Assembly (NCBI GenBank): GCA_009103225.1 | Contig: RHPI01002438.1 | Location: 504,637 to 568,636, forward strand | Source of the DNA: Chlorokybus atmophyticus | Taxonomy: Eukaryota > Plantae > Mesostigma and Chlorokybus algae | Length of the DNA stretch: 64,000 nt | Direction: 5' to 3' | Notes under the pieces: generated by a model | What the model was told of the DNA's origin: nothing | Seen by the model: the letters and a program-made list of their open reading frames with translations, nothing else | The model's database searches: none | Translations under genes and position numbers: made by a program | In this document: positions 49,901-57,893 of the stretch, piece by piece | Layout of the letters: the number at the start of each line of letters is the position of its first letter | Position numbering within the stretch: position 1 is the first letter of the stretch

Positions 49901-52900
49901 GATGGCTTGGTGACAGCACCGACATGTACTATGACCATGTGGAGGAGGGGGAGAGTGTCCTCGCACACATGGAGGAGGGGAGACCTCCGGAGCTGGTCTA
50001 TATGGCGCAAACTCAGTCACAAGAGCTGGAGTTGGCTTCACAACATCGTGCTCAGCGGCAACAAGAGGCTCAAGACAAGGTTAGCCAAGCATGGATGAAG
50101 GATGTGATGGCATTGGAGCCGCCATTGCTGCCCGAGGGTGTGAGAGCTGTTCATCCGCCTATCAACTACAGCACCGTCGAGTGGAAGGTCCCCGAGGAGG
50201 GTGTTGTGATGGTGGAGCTGTTCGGTGGCATTGCAAGTGGGCTTGCGGCCGCGTTGAACGCCGGCATCAAGGTGCGGCGCTATATCTATGTGGACCCTTC
50301 GCCAACGGCGCAACAAGGTGCACAACATCATGTGAGGATGTTGTTGAAGAAGTATCCAGATCTGCTACATGAGGATGCGGTGAAGGGCTTTCAAAGCACA
50401 TGGCCGCAAGACATTTGTTTGATAGGGCCACATCAACTTGCAGCTATCGGCCATGTGCATTTGCTTGTAGCCGGGTGGGAATGCCAAGGGCATTCACGGG
50501 CTGGTCATGGCAAAGGATTGATGGATGCGCGCTCGTCATTGTTTTGGGAGTTAGTGCGCATCATCAACAGGATTCAGCAAGGACAAGAGCAGCCCATGGC
50601 GTACATCGTCGAGAATGTACCAGCTGAAGATGACAAGCGCAAGCGCGTGCGAGAAGACTATCAGCTGGTGAGACATGTGCTAGGCCATGAGCTGGTCATG
50701 GATGCAGCACGGCATGGTTCGCGCGCGCATCGGCTGCGTGTGAAGTGGACAAACCTCGCGCCGGTTGAGTTGCTTCGCACGGTGCAGCAAGAGTACTCTA
50801 GACCGCAAGGTTTGACAGTCAACCAGGTGCTGGAGCATGGGCGCACAGCACAACAGGTCAGCAAGGCTGATCGGCCGCCTCAAGAGGTGGTGAACCAGGT
50901 CGGGCACGACATGGCGGCGCTGCCGACATTGGTGACATACCCAGGCTCTTATGCATTCCGCAAGGGAGGGCCAGGGCTGGTGTGGGACTCACAGAACAGC
51001 AGGTTGGAAGAGCCAACAGCTGGTGAGCGCGAGCGTGCGATGGGGTTCTTGTCCGGTGCGACAGCGGCGCCGGGACTAAGTGAACAACAGCGCCGTGTGC
51101 TGCTAGGACAAGCCATGGACCAGAACAGCATGGTGTGGCTGATGGTTGTCTGCTTGGCGGCACAAGAGTTGGTGGCAAGCATCATGCCGATGCGACAGCA
51201 AGCGCGTCGGGAGCCTGCGCCTCTGTCGAGGGGGTGGGAGCAGGTTGTACATGATGAGGAGAGTAAGGGGGTGTCTTTTTCGCCTGTGACAGCTGCAAGT
51301 GGCAAGAAAGCGGCTGTAGATGGTGCCTTGAAGCAGGAGAAGGCCACCGACCAGACCATGGAGTGGTGTATAGGCGAGCATGTGACACCACATGAGCGTG
51401 AGTGGCTCGAGGCGTTGCTGGCGCGCAAGCGTGACTGCTTCGCCTACTCTACCAAGGAGTTGGGAGTTTGCAACTTCTACACAATGGACATTGAGTTGAC
51501 CTCTCCAGAGCCCATCTTTCGTCGGCAGTATCGGCTGAGCAAGGTGGAGAAGGAGTTTGTGGCAGAAAAGTGTGCTGACTTGTTGGAGGCCGGACTCATT
51601 GAGGAGTCAACCTCGGACTTCGCGGCGGCGACGGTGTTGCCGTTGAAGAAAGATGCACAAGGAAACTGGACCTCGAGAAGGATGTGTGGTGACTATCGGC
51701 CTCTCAATGAGAAGACCAAGGCTGATCGGTACCCCATGCCTATCCCTGAGGCTATCTTTGATGACATCGGTGATGCAAAGGTGTTCTCCATCGTGGACTT
51801 GAGGCAGGGCTTCAACCAGATCGCCATCAAGCCCGAGGATCGTGGCAAGACAGCGTTTTGGGGAGTGGACCAGCTCTACCAATGGAAGGTCATGCCGTTC
51901 GGCTTGAAGAATGCGCCTGTGAAGTTTCAGCGTGTGATGGACCGTGTGCTTCGTGGTCTACCCTTCGCAAGGTGCTACATAGATGACATCTTGGTGTTTA
52001 GCCACACGATGGAGGAGCATCTCGTGCACTTGGAGCGCGTGTTCGAGCGCGTGCGCGAGAGCGGCATGAGGTGTCACCCGGAGAAGTGCTTGTTTGGAGC
52101 TGATCGCATCCCGTATCTCGGCCATGAGATAGTGCCGGATGGCGTCCGTGTGCAGCAAGCAAAGGTGGATGCCTTGGTGCAAGTGCCCGCACCGACGGAC
52201 ATTAGCCGGCTTCGAGCGTTTCTCGGCTTGGCGAACTACTATCGGAGGTTCGTGGAGGGGTATAGCAAGATTGCAAAGCCCTTAAATGAGTTGTTGAAGA
52301 AGGACAAGGCCTGGTGCTGGTCGGAGGAGTGCCAACGTGCCTTTGAGCTTCTCAAGGAGAAGCTATGCACCGCGCCGGTGTTGAGACGGGCGGACTACAA
52401 CCGTCCCTTCATCCTACACACGGATTGGAGCCGTTTGGGCATTGGGGCCGTGTTGTGTCAAAAGGATGATGATGGGAAGGAGTATGTGGTCGCGTATGGC
52501 AGCCGAAGCAACAATAACGCTGAGGCAAACTACAGCTCCTATGAGGGGGAGTGTTTGGCAGTAGTTTGGGCCATAGTTCACTTCAGACCGTTCCTCTATG
52601 GCCGTCCCTTCACACTCATCACCGACCACCAGCCCTTGAAGTGGTTGATGACCAATGACAAGCTCACGGGGAAGCATGCCAGGTGGGCGCTCATACTGCA
52701 AGAGTATGAGTTTGAGATTGAGCACCGAGCTGGTGTTGACAACATGGACGCGGATGGGCTGAGTAGGAACCCAAACCCTTCATCGTTGGATGAGAGTGAG
52801 GCGAGGCATGACTATGGCATGCCCGTGGCTGGGTTTTTGGCCTACCGTGTGGCTTCTTTGCTGGTGTTGGCGGGTTCGGTGGAAGCATGCGCATCCATGC

Positions 52901-55900
52901 GCGCAAACGCAGCTGGAGAGAGCGACAACAATGGTGTAATGCCGCCTTTGGAGGCTGCACCAGCCCCAACGGTCAATGACATTGAAGGGGAGGAAGCCGA
53001 GGCTTCAAAGGACATTTGGAGGGATGAGCAAGTGCTTGCTCACCTCAAAACCGGGCTGTTCCAAGCTGGTTGCAGCACGGCGACGCGAGATCGCGTGTGG
53101 CAACGCGCGCAACGCTATCGATGGGAGGGAAACCACCTTGTGCGCTTGATGCCGGATGGAGGTGTGAGGATTGTGCCTCAACCACATGAGAGGAAGCCGC
53201 TTGTGGAGCTGCTTCATGAGAGGATGGGCCACTTTGGTGTCAAGAGGACACTTGGGCTCGTGCAATCAGCATATTGGTGGGCTGGCATGAAGTCTACCGT
53301 GGCGGAAGTTGTTGCAAGCTGTGTGGAGTGCGACAGAGTGAAGGCAAGCTTCAATGCCAAGCACCCACAGCTGCACCCTCTACCTATTCAAGGACTTTTC
53401 TATCGGTGGAGCCTAGACCTGGCCGGAGATCTACCAGTCAGCAAGAGAGGCAACCGCTACGTGCTCGTGATGATAGAGCACTTCTCCAAGTGGGTCGAGG
53501 TCGTGGCGCTGCCATCGAAGGAGAGCAAGCTTGTGGCTGAGGCTTTCCTTGATCAAGTCCTTAGCAGATTCGGTGCTTGTGCTGAGGTTCTCACTGACCA
53601 AGGCACCGAGTTTCGTGGCCAGTTCGATGACTTGTTGGCGCAAGCCTTTATCGACCATCGAAGGACTTCTCGTGACCATCCTCAAGCCGATGGGCTTGCT
53701 GAGCGAATGGTACAAGTGGTGAAGAAAGGGCTTCGCAAGTACTTTCTCAACCACAACAAGAGAGACTGGGACTTGGCGTTGCCATGGTTGGCAATGGGCT
53801 ATCGCATGACGCGGCAGGCTGCGTTGAGCTCATACAGCCCCTATTTTTTGTTGTATGGGAGAGAGCCCATATTGCCAACATCAATCCGGAGACAGGTTGA
53901 GCAGGAGCTTGACTTGGAGGATCCCAATGTGTGGGAGAAGGAGATGGCAAAGCGTGCGGAGCTGTTCCGGTGTGTGATGCCGATTGCACTTGGCAACTTG
54001 CAAGTGGCACAACACCGCGACACGCTGCGCTATGCCAGGGTGAGGAGTGGCTTCTACAAGCCAAGACTGCAGAAGTTTCAGCCCGGAGACTTTGTCTACC
54101 TGCAGAGAAAGACCAAGGACACGTTGGATACGAGTGCGAGCCGCACCATCCTTCGTGTGAAGAAGCTTCTCAACAACGGTGTGTTGTTGTTAGAGGGAGC
54201 TGATGCCAGGACCACTAAGGAGCACATGAAGAGCTGCGCTCCTTGCCATCTGCCAAACGTGGATGACAGTGTGGATCCGGCTCTGGCAATACCAGATGTG
54301 GGCCACCGTTGTGAGCGGTGTGGCCGAGCGGAAGGCTGGGACACCATGCTGCTGTGCGACAGGTGTGTTGCCGGTTGGCACATGGAGTGCCTTCGTCCAC
54401 CAGTTGAGGAGATCCCTGATGGGACATGGTATTGTCCAGCGTGTACGAGGACTTGAGTAGCGTGTGAGTCAGCTGAAGGCGCACGAGGGCGTTGGCGCTC
54501 AGCTGCAGGGGGTGGTGACACGCATCTTTCATGCGTGTGTCAACTTCATGTGATGAGAGATGGTGCATGAGGCAGCATGACATGGTCTCATGGTGTATAA
54601 TAGCATGCGTACATGCATGGCAAGGAGGTTTACGATGAGTTCGAGTCACGATGCGGGAAGGCACGACAGCTGTCATGCGCGAGCATGTAGTGTCATGTGC
54701 ATGATGCCCTCGGGGCTGGCGACATGGATGGACCTTGGGGTTTTGGCTCTCATAGCCATTTTACAGGGTTTATGTGTTGGGTTTTCATTGGGAACTCATG
54801 TTTGGGTCCTCATGGACGTGAGGGAGGTGTGTTCGAGGCGTATCTACAGTCAGATACGGAGCTGACAGCATATTTGGGTCACTATGGTATCTCGCACAGC
54901 TGTTTCGGAGTTGTGACTTTGAGAAGCCGTAACTTACAGTTGGAGTGGCGGTTTGGCCATGGGTTGGCGTCAAAAGATGCGTCTTGAAGTGTACTTGAAG
55001 AGGATGAGCTTGGATAAGCCTTTCCTAACTGTTTACCGTTACTTATCAACGCCACCATGACTGTTACTATGCTGATGCAGATTGACAGTTAGGGTAGTTG
55101 GAGAGTTGGTTGGGCTTGAGCTCAACGGTGGTATATAAGGCTTTGCTAGCCTGTTTCCTAGTTTGGTTGGATGCAAGTTGGCCTACTGGAGTGCAAGCAA
55201 CACCTTTGGGAAGAGGTTCTTGGCTGAGCGGATGCGTGTGCACATGCTTGCATGTATGGCGTGTGTGCACGTGTTCGTTGCTGTGCGTTGCTGTGCATGA
55301 AGGGGTGTGTGTCACTGTTGCGACTTTGATGCACCGTATGGGCTGCCTTAGCATGTACTTTGAGTGAGGATTGAGTTGGGACTGCTTTACACAAGTGAAC
55401 GGCTGATTGCAAGTCAAGTTGTGGTCTACTTGCCTACCTTTTGCAAGGGGACACGCATCTTTCATGCGTGTGTCAACTTCATGTGATGAGAGATGGTGCA
55501 TGAGGCAGCATGACATGGTCTCATGGTGTATAATAGCATGCGTACATGCATGGCAAGGAGGTTTACGATGAGTTCGAGTCACGATGCGGGAAGGCACGAC
55601 ACCTTCGCAGGCTCTCACTTATGGAGATCTATTCTTGTTGTGTGTTCATAAGAATGAGACAGTGGCGGAAGTCAGAGAACGAGTACAGGCCAAGCTTGGC
55701 GTCCCTGCAAAGGTGTTGCAGGTTTTGTTTGTTGGAAGCCAGTCGCTTTATATTGTTTGCCAGTTGATGTTGTTCACAGGCTTCCGACTTGCACAACTGA
55801 ATAGTGTTGCGCAGTACCAGATGGCCTTCGTCAATTATTACACCTTTGAAGTAGCAGAGTTTGAAAACGATTGTGATCTTGTGGCAGCAAAGTTCCAAGC

Positions 55901-56340
55901 GAGCACCGCCATGTTCATCGTAGGACGGCATCCAACTGCCCTGAAGATACTCTATGGTGTATTAGAGATAGTAGTGCTAGATTAGTAGCATGCATGGTGT
56001 CAAGCACGCAGAGCCATGCATAGCAGCAAACACACAGCACATGCAGTCCCATGCCAAAACTTCATACCATCAACTCATTGTGCTGACATACAGCGTATGC
56101 AACTACCGCAAGACCGGTACAGAGCTCCTGATCACTATCTTGGACTGGAGCACATGGATGTGAGCCGCAAAAGACCACACGCAGACCAGGTGCATTGACA
56201 AGCAGGTTGTCGGTCTTGTGTTTCCCGCAGTAGAGTGAGGCAAGATGGCAGCTTGCTACAAGAGCTACTCAGGGTACTTACATAACCTGACTCTTTGACA
56301 GCAACATACTCAAAAGAAGGCCGCAAAGTTGGGTACCTGA
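43962..56340 (+). CDS. Coiled-coil + USP7/UBP12-13 C-terminal (UBL) domain protein, no MATH or catalytic domain seen; one intron holds the retrotransposon; 5' start tentative
   Basis: Exons SKQDNYADVIKKLAYKL, QTIDILYHGVTDTPLPAL, IRTPEISTMGDIVAELKTMV, ELRIPQ..INR/VFAHHERIDHMFWTLHAEE/IPEDEKTMGPNDRLIHVCHFTKE (ends 46674) continue in frame at 55611 ALTYGDLFLLCVHKNETVAEVRERVQAKL ... HYLGLEHMDVSRKR. This is colinear with the Arabidopsis UBP12 C-terminus as recalled. Confidence 0.75.
46740..47533 (+). repeat. Repeat A, copy 1 (794 bp; 5' terminal repeat containing TATA box)
   Basis: Matches 54671-55464 (offset 7931) with 5 substitutions seen (46860, 46943, 47040, 47052, 47053). Confidence 0.95.
47201..47207 (+). 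promoter_or_regulatory. TATA box (TATATAA) of the retrotransposon repeat
   Basis: TATATAA in both A copies (47201 and 55132), 32-38 nt upstream of the sequence complementary to the PBS. Confidence 0.7.
47533..47544 (+). promoter_or_regulatory. Candidate self-priming primer-binding site
   Basis: ACTTGCATCAAA abuts the end of repeat A and is complementary (11/12, 9 contiguous) to TTGGATGCAAGT at 47236-47247. No TGG tRNA-type PBS is present. Confidence 0.6.
47566..54456 (+). CDS. Gag-Pol polyprotein, 2296 aa: gag, 2 CCHC knuckles, aspartic protease, C5-DNA methyltransferase, RT, RNase H, integrase, PHD
   Basis: CCHC at 48322 and 48385; LVDTGA (D 49471); ELFGGIASG (50221), GWECQGHS (Cys 50482), ENV (50611), HRLRVKWTNL; YIDD (51976); FILHTDWS; HHCC integrase Zn motif; DD35E (53416, 53596, 53701); C4HC3 PHD 54310-54444. 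No stop or frameshift. Confidence 0.97.
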   Translation: MDSTPRFSGRPGTADLRDFIDRFDSEMVKWEYRDKSGWDEHKAFKMLPLYLKDEALGTWREFKEQLEVRERALRLGAPAAFEAEWKKEQPVTEFKALLRKTYPQSTPAKVRELSFFKRNAGETARMMYTRMLKLLTDTDYKVMTDQTAAVVYLQQLEADLRLKVETMLTTQSEFGTYTLADVFKVAETAEIQHEYLKNIDRQRRGLKLLEISEEKSSSKPAATSAASKAAGGKPKEFKHANNAVVEGVSGAKCWSCGEQGHIARDCGKGKKVVCSHCKKGGHVDAKCWSKHPELRPQQGAAVGAHSSVRAEPSMSEVTKALAAMQSEYASLKSMLERGKWPERGAEDKPSSSGGYLAYSALSGGTKVAAVATTRASARRNAAPAPPTRMVEEEAAPVREEGVDHDRMRAPAARMPMSFKLLPTTPLEQESSRSEGAKVQPTATATARHDVGVGGGGEHKRVGELLQMCVKLLEGAKMLSQQPATQANEENLELTAPLESVAAELVGQPLVCLKDLGVSKEHVMELLQSALDTTRTASTKSHDHMSKSHEDMVAQAGRMVARAELAAPEGSASASSSLTQLEDKLEEGVGSVGGMLAMLPATRPALREKISPNVAMVDNRGGHISLDGFVPDVVLVDTGAQPVILGARAVKGMGLSPKEWEPCPVMINTSAGTVEAVCGITVQPVDICLTAVGGATTSFKVRCLITDAKGYDVLLGQDFLFPVGGGVDNWIEQGFFRPRWRVGGGEKAYFPLSITQGGLERSPTSASAVWACLSRRSVKGWLGDSTDMYYDHVEEGESVLAHMEEGRPPELVYMAQTQSQELELASQHRAQRQQEAQDKVSQAWMKDVMALEPPLLPEGVRAVHPPINYSTVEWKVPEEGVVMVELFGGIASGLAAALNAGIKVRRYIYVDPSPTAQQGAQHHVRMLLKKYPDLLHEDAVKGFQSTWPQDICLIGPHQLAAIGHVHLLVAGWECQGHSRAGHGKGLMDARSSLFWELVRIINRIQQGQEQPMAYIVENVPAEDDKRKRVREDYQLVRHVLGHELVMDAARHGSRAHRLRVKWTNLAPVELLRTVQQEYSRPQGLTVNQVLEHGRTAQQVSKADRPPQEVVNQVGHDMAALPTLVTYPGSYAFRKGGPGLVWDSQNSRLEEPTAGERERAMGFLSGATAAPGLSEQQRRVLLGQAMDQNSMVWLMVVCLAAQELVASIMPMRQQARREPAPLSRGWEQVVHDEESKGVSFSPVTAASGKKAAVDGALKQEKATDQTMEWCIGEHVTPHEREWLEALLARKRDCFAYSTKELGVCNFYTMDIELTSPEPIFRRQYRLSKVEKEFVAEKCADLLEAGLIEESTSDFAAATVLPLKKDAQGNWTSRRMCGDYRPLNEKTKADRYPMPIPEAIFDDIGDAKVFSIVDLRQGFNQIAIKPEDRGKTAFWGVDQLYQWKVMPFGLKNAPVKFQRVMDRVLRGLPFARCYIDDILVFSHTMEEHLVHLERVFERVRESGMRCHPEKCLFGADRIPYLGHEIVPDGVRVQQAKVDALVQVPAPTDISRLRAFLGLANYYRRFVEGYSKIAKPLNELLKKDKAWCWSEECQRAFELLKEKLCTAPVLRRADYNRPFILHTDWSRLGIGAVLCQKDDDGKEYVVAYGSRSNNNAEANYSSYEGECLAVVWAIVHFRPFLYGRPFTLITDHQPLKWLMTNDKLTGKHARWALILQEYEFEIEHRAGVDNMDADGLSRNPNPSSLDESEARHDYGMPVAGFLAYRVASLLVLAGSVEACASMRANAAGESDNNGVMPPLEAAPAPTVNDIEGEEAEASKDIWRDEQVLAHLKTGLFQAGCSTATRDRVWQRAQRYRWEGNHLVRLMPDGGVRIVPQPHERKPLVELLHERMGHFGVKRTLGLVQSAYWWAGMKSTVAEVVASCVECDRVKASFNAKHPQLHPLPIQGLFYRWSLDLAGDLPVSKRGNRYVLVMIEHFSKWVEVVALPSKESKLVAEAFLDQVLSRFGACAEVLTDQGTEFRGQFDDLLAQAFIDHRRTSRDHPQADGLAERMVQVVKKGLRKYFLNHNKRDWDLALPWLAMGYRMTRQAALSSYSPYFLLYGREPILPTSIRRQVEQELDLEDPNVWEKEMAKRAELFRCVMPIALGNLQVAQHRDTLRYARVRSGFYKPRLQKFQPGDFVYLQRKTKDTLDTSASRTILRVKKLLNNGVLLLEGADARTTKEHMKSCAPCHLPNVDDSVDPALAIPDVGHRCERCGRAEGWDTMLLCDRCVAGWHMECLRPPVEEIPDGTWYCPACTRT
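54507..54515 (+). promoter_or_regulatory. Polypurine tract candidate (AGGGGGTGG) directly before TG of repeat B
   Basis: Purine-rich run followed immediately by TGACACGC at 54516, 60 nt after the ORF stop. Confidence 0.6.
54517..54668 (+). repeat. Repeat B, copy 1 (152 bp, internal)
   Basis: Identical to 55450-55601 (offset 933). Confidence 0.95.
54671..55464 (+). repeat. Repeat A, copy 2
   Basis: Separated from B copy 1 by the dinucleotide GC (54669-54670); overlaps B copy 2 by 15 bp. Confidence 0.95.
55450..55601 (+). repeat. Repeat B, copy 2 (3' terminus of the element)
   Basis: Identical to 54517-54668; ends GCACGACA and is followed by TSD CCTT. Confidence 0.95.
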
Positions 56341-57107
56341 GAGTCGTTGGCATGCGAGCACAGCTCAGCTTGTTTCTGCATTGGGCGGAATTAGCAAACG
56401 AGCATGGCTCGAACTTTCACTCCGCAAGGTGTGAAGCGTTTCCGCTAACAATGTTGCGCTCGGGATGATACGCGGTGGTCGACTTTGTACATTTGTAGCA
56501 AATCATGTGCAGTATATGAGCTTGACTGTACGAATGTAGGTATGCACTTTGTTGGTGGACCTGATCATGTCGTGTTGCCGATGTGCATGACATGTACGTG
56601 TGCCTCGAGGCCCTGCCACATCTGTTTTTTGTCACCACCTCAGCTGTGGCGGCTTCGTAGCTTGATTGCTGTGGCCTGGATGTTGCTGATCTGTGCTACG
56701 GATAGTTGGTGGATTTGGCTGGTGCTTGTAGGCTGTTGCTGTTAAAGGTTGGGGTGGTAAATGGTCGATTAGCTAATAGGTGGCACTTGAGCTTTGAGCT
56801 CCAAGTCAGTTACCTTGAAGCACTCCAGCCTGTCAATAATGACTTGGAGCTCAAAGCTCAAGGTAACTTCAAGTTTACTGCAAAGCAGCAATGCCAACCT
56901 GCCAATGCCAGTGCCTTCTTTCAGGTTTGCAGGCAAAGTGGGCGTTTTCTATTCAGCAGCAGATCAGTTTTCAGAGCCGAATGCACCTGTCACCTTGAAG
57001 CCAGAGTTGAGAGTCAGTCACATTCCACATGTATCCTTGCGACCCCATCCCAGTGCAAGCATGGAGTGGGACGAGGTCCGTAGGCGACGGATGTCCTGAG
57101 CGCGCTG

Positions 57108-57893
57108 CCAGCATTCGCAACAACAGTGCTGTGACACCGCGAGTATGCAGATCAAGAAGCTACCCACTCTTCCCTGCGTGGACGACTGCAGCTTGCAAGC
57201 TCTAGCAGTCAGTTCTACTGGTGATGGCGCACTAAACAGATAAACATTGACCGAACCTGGCATGCGGCATTTTGTACTTAACCCAAAGCAGTCATAGCTG
57301 TCAGCTAAAAGCTGAGGTCAGACCTTACTGACTGTGCAAGGCATCTGCTCACAGCCATATCAACAGTTATGCGGATGTCACTCTTCCGTGTCACAAGACT
57401 GTGTATCACATGCCCCTCACCAAGATCAATCCGCCAGCAAGTAGAATACCGCTGGCATTGCAAAACTTGTTTGAACTTTTCTTGCCTCTTCAGAAAGGGC
57501 TCAATGGTCTTGTACTCATTGTTCAAGTTGGTCATGTTAACGACAAGATCCTGGCCAGGATTGATGTATCAGTGCCAAGTGATACGCGAGGATCGACTTG
57601 GCTTGAAATCTGCATCAATCCCATACCTGAGGCACGGACATGTGCTGAGGGGTGATTCTTGGTGTCACAAGTTATTGCACTTGACCTTGTTCATGGCACA
57701 GGAGCCGCAGAAGTCCTCCCTGCAGTAAGGAACAGCTGGAGCTCGGTGGCCTGCTTTGGTAACCTGTTTTGTCTTGAAGAATAAGCACCATACCTGCAAG
57801 ATTTGCGCGGCGTCGAGGTAGGGTCTGCCTCAATCTTAATCTTCAATCAACACGTGCAGAATTATGGGGCCGCAGTTGTTGATAGCTCTGCAT
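57108..57893 (-). pseudogene. SDH2: Degenerate, intron-containing succinate dehydrogenase Fe-S subunit (SDH2/SDHB) pseudogene
   Basis: MQSY..NNCGPIILHVLI[+1 frameshift]KIKIEADPTSTPRKSCR / EDFCGSCAMN..CNNL* (TGA 57665-57667) / ITPQHMSV / DLVVNMTNLNNEYKTIEPFLKR / LQSS..ICIL, colinear with SDH2 CGPMVLDALIKIKNE..RRSCREGICGSCAMN..DLVVDMTNFYNQYKSIEPWLKR. Confidence 0.75.

Larger units (their letters stand above)
46740..55601 (+). mobile_element. Intact Ty3/Gypsy-type retrotransposon with DNMT3-like methyltransferase, PHD finger and split/permuted terminal repeats; 4-bp TSD CCTT
   Basis: Termini TGTCATGC...GCACGACA (7/8 inverted repeat) flanked by CCTT at 46736-46739 and 55602-55605. Removing the element and one CCTT restores a 70-nt intron in an in-frame host gene. 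Domain order is PR-RT-RH-IN. Confidence 0.95.

Noticed and set aside
46740-55601. Classifying the element as a DIRS/Ngaro/PAT tyrosine-recombinase retrotransposon because of its split repeats
   Set aside because: No YR ORF was seen. The ORF has an aspartic protease and an HHCC + DD35E integrase in Gypsy order, and there is a 4-bp TSD.
54671-55601. Reading A'+B' as a normal 3' LTR with a simply deleted 5' LTR
   Set aside because: This does not explain the extra B copy between the PPT and A', the candidate PBS abutting the end of A, or the PPT abutting the start of B. It is kept only as an alternative if other copies differ.
43962-56340. Functional link between the USP7-like host gene and the element's DNMT (USP7 regulates DNMT1/UHRF1 in animals)
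   Set aside because: A single insertion gives no evidence of targeting; most likely coincidence.
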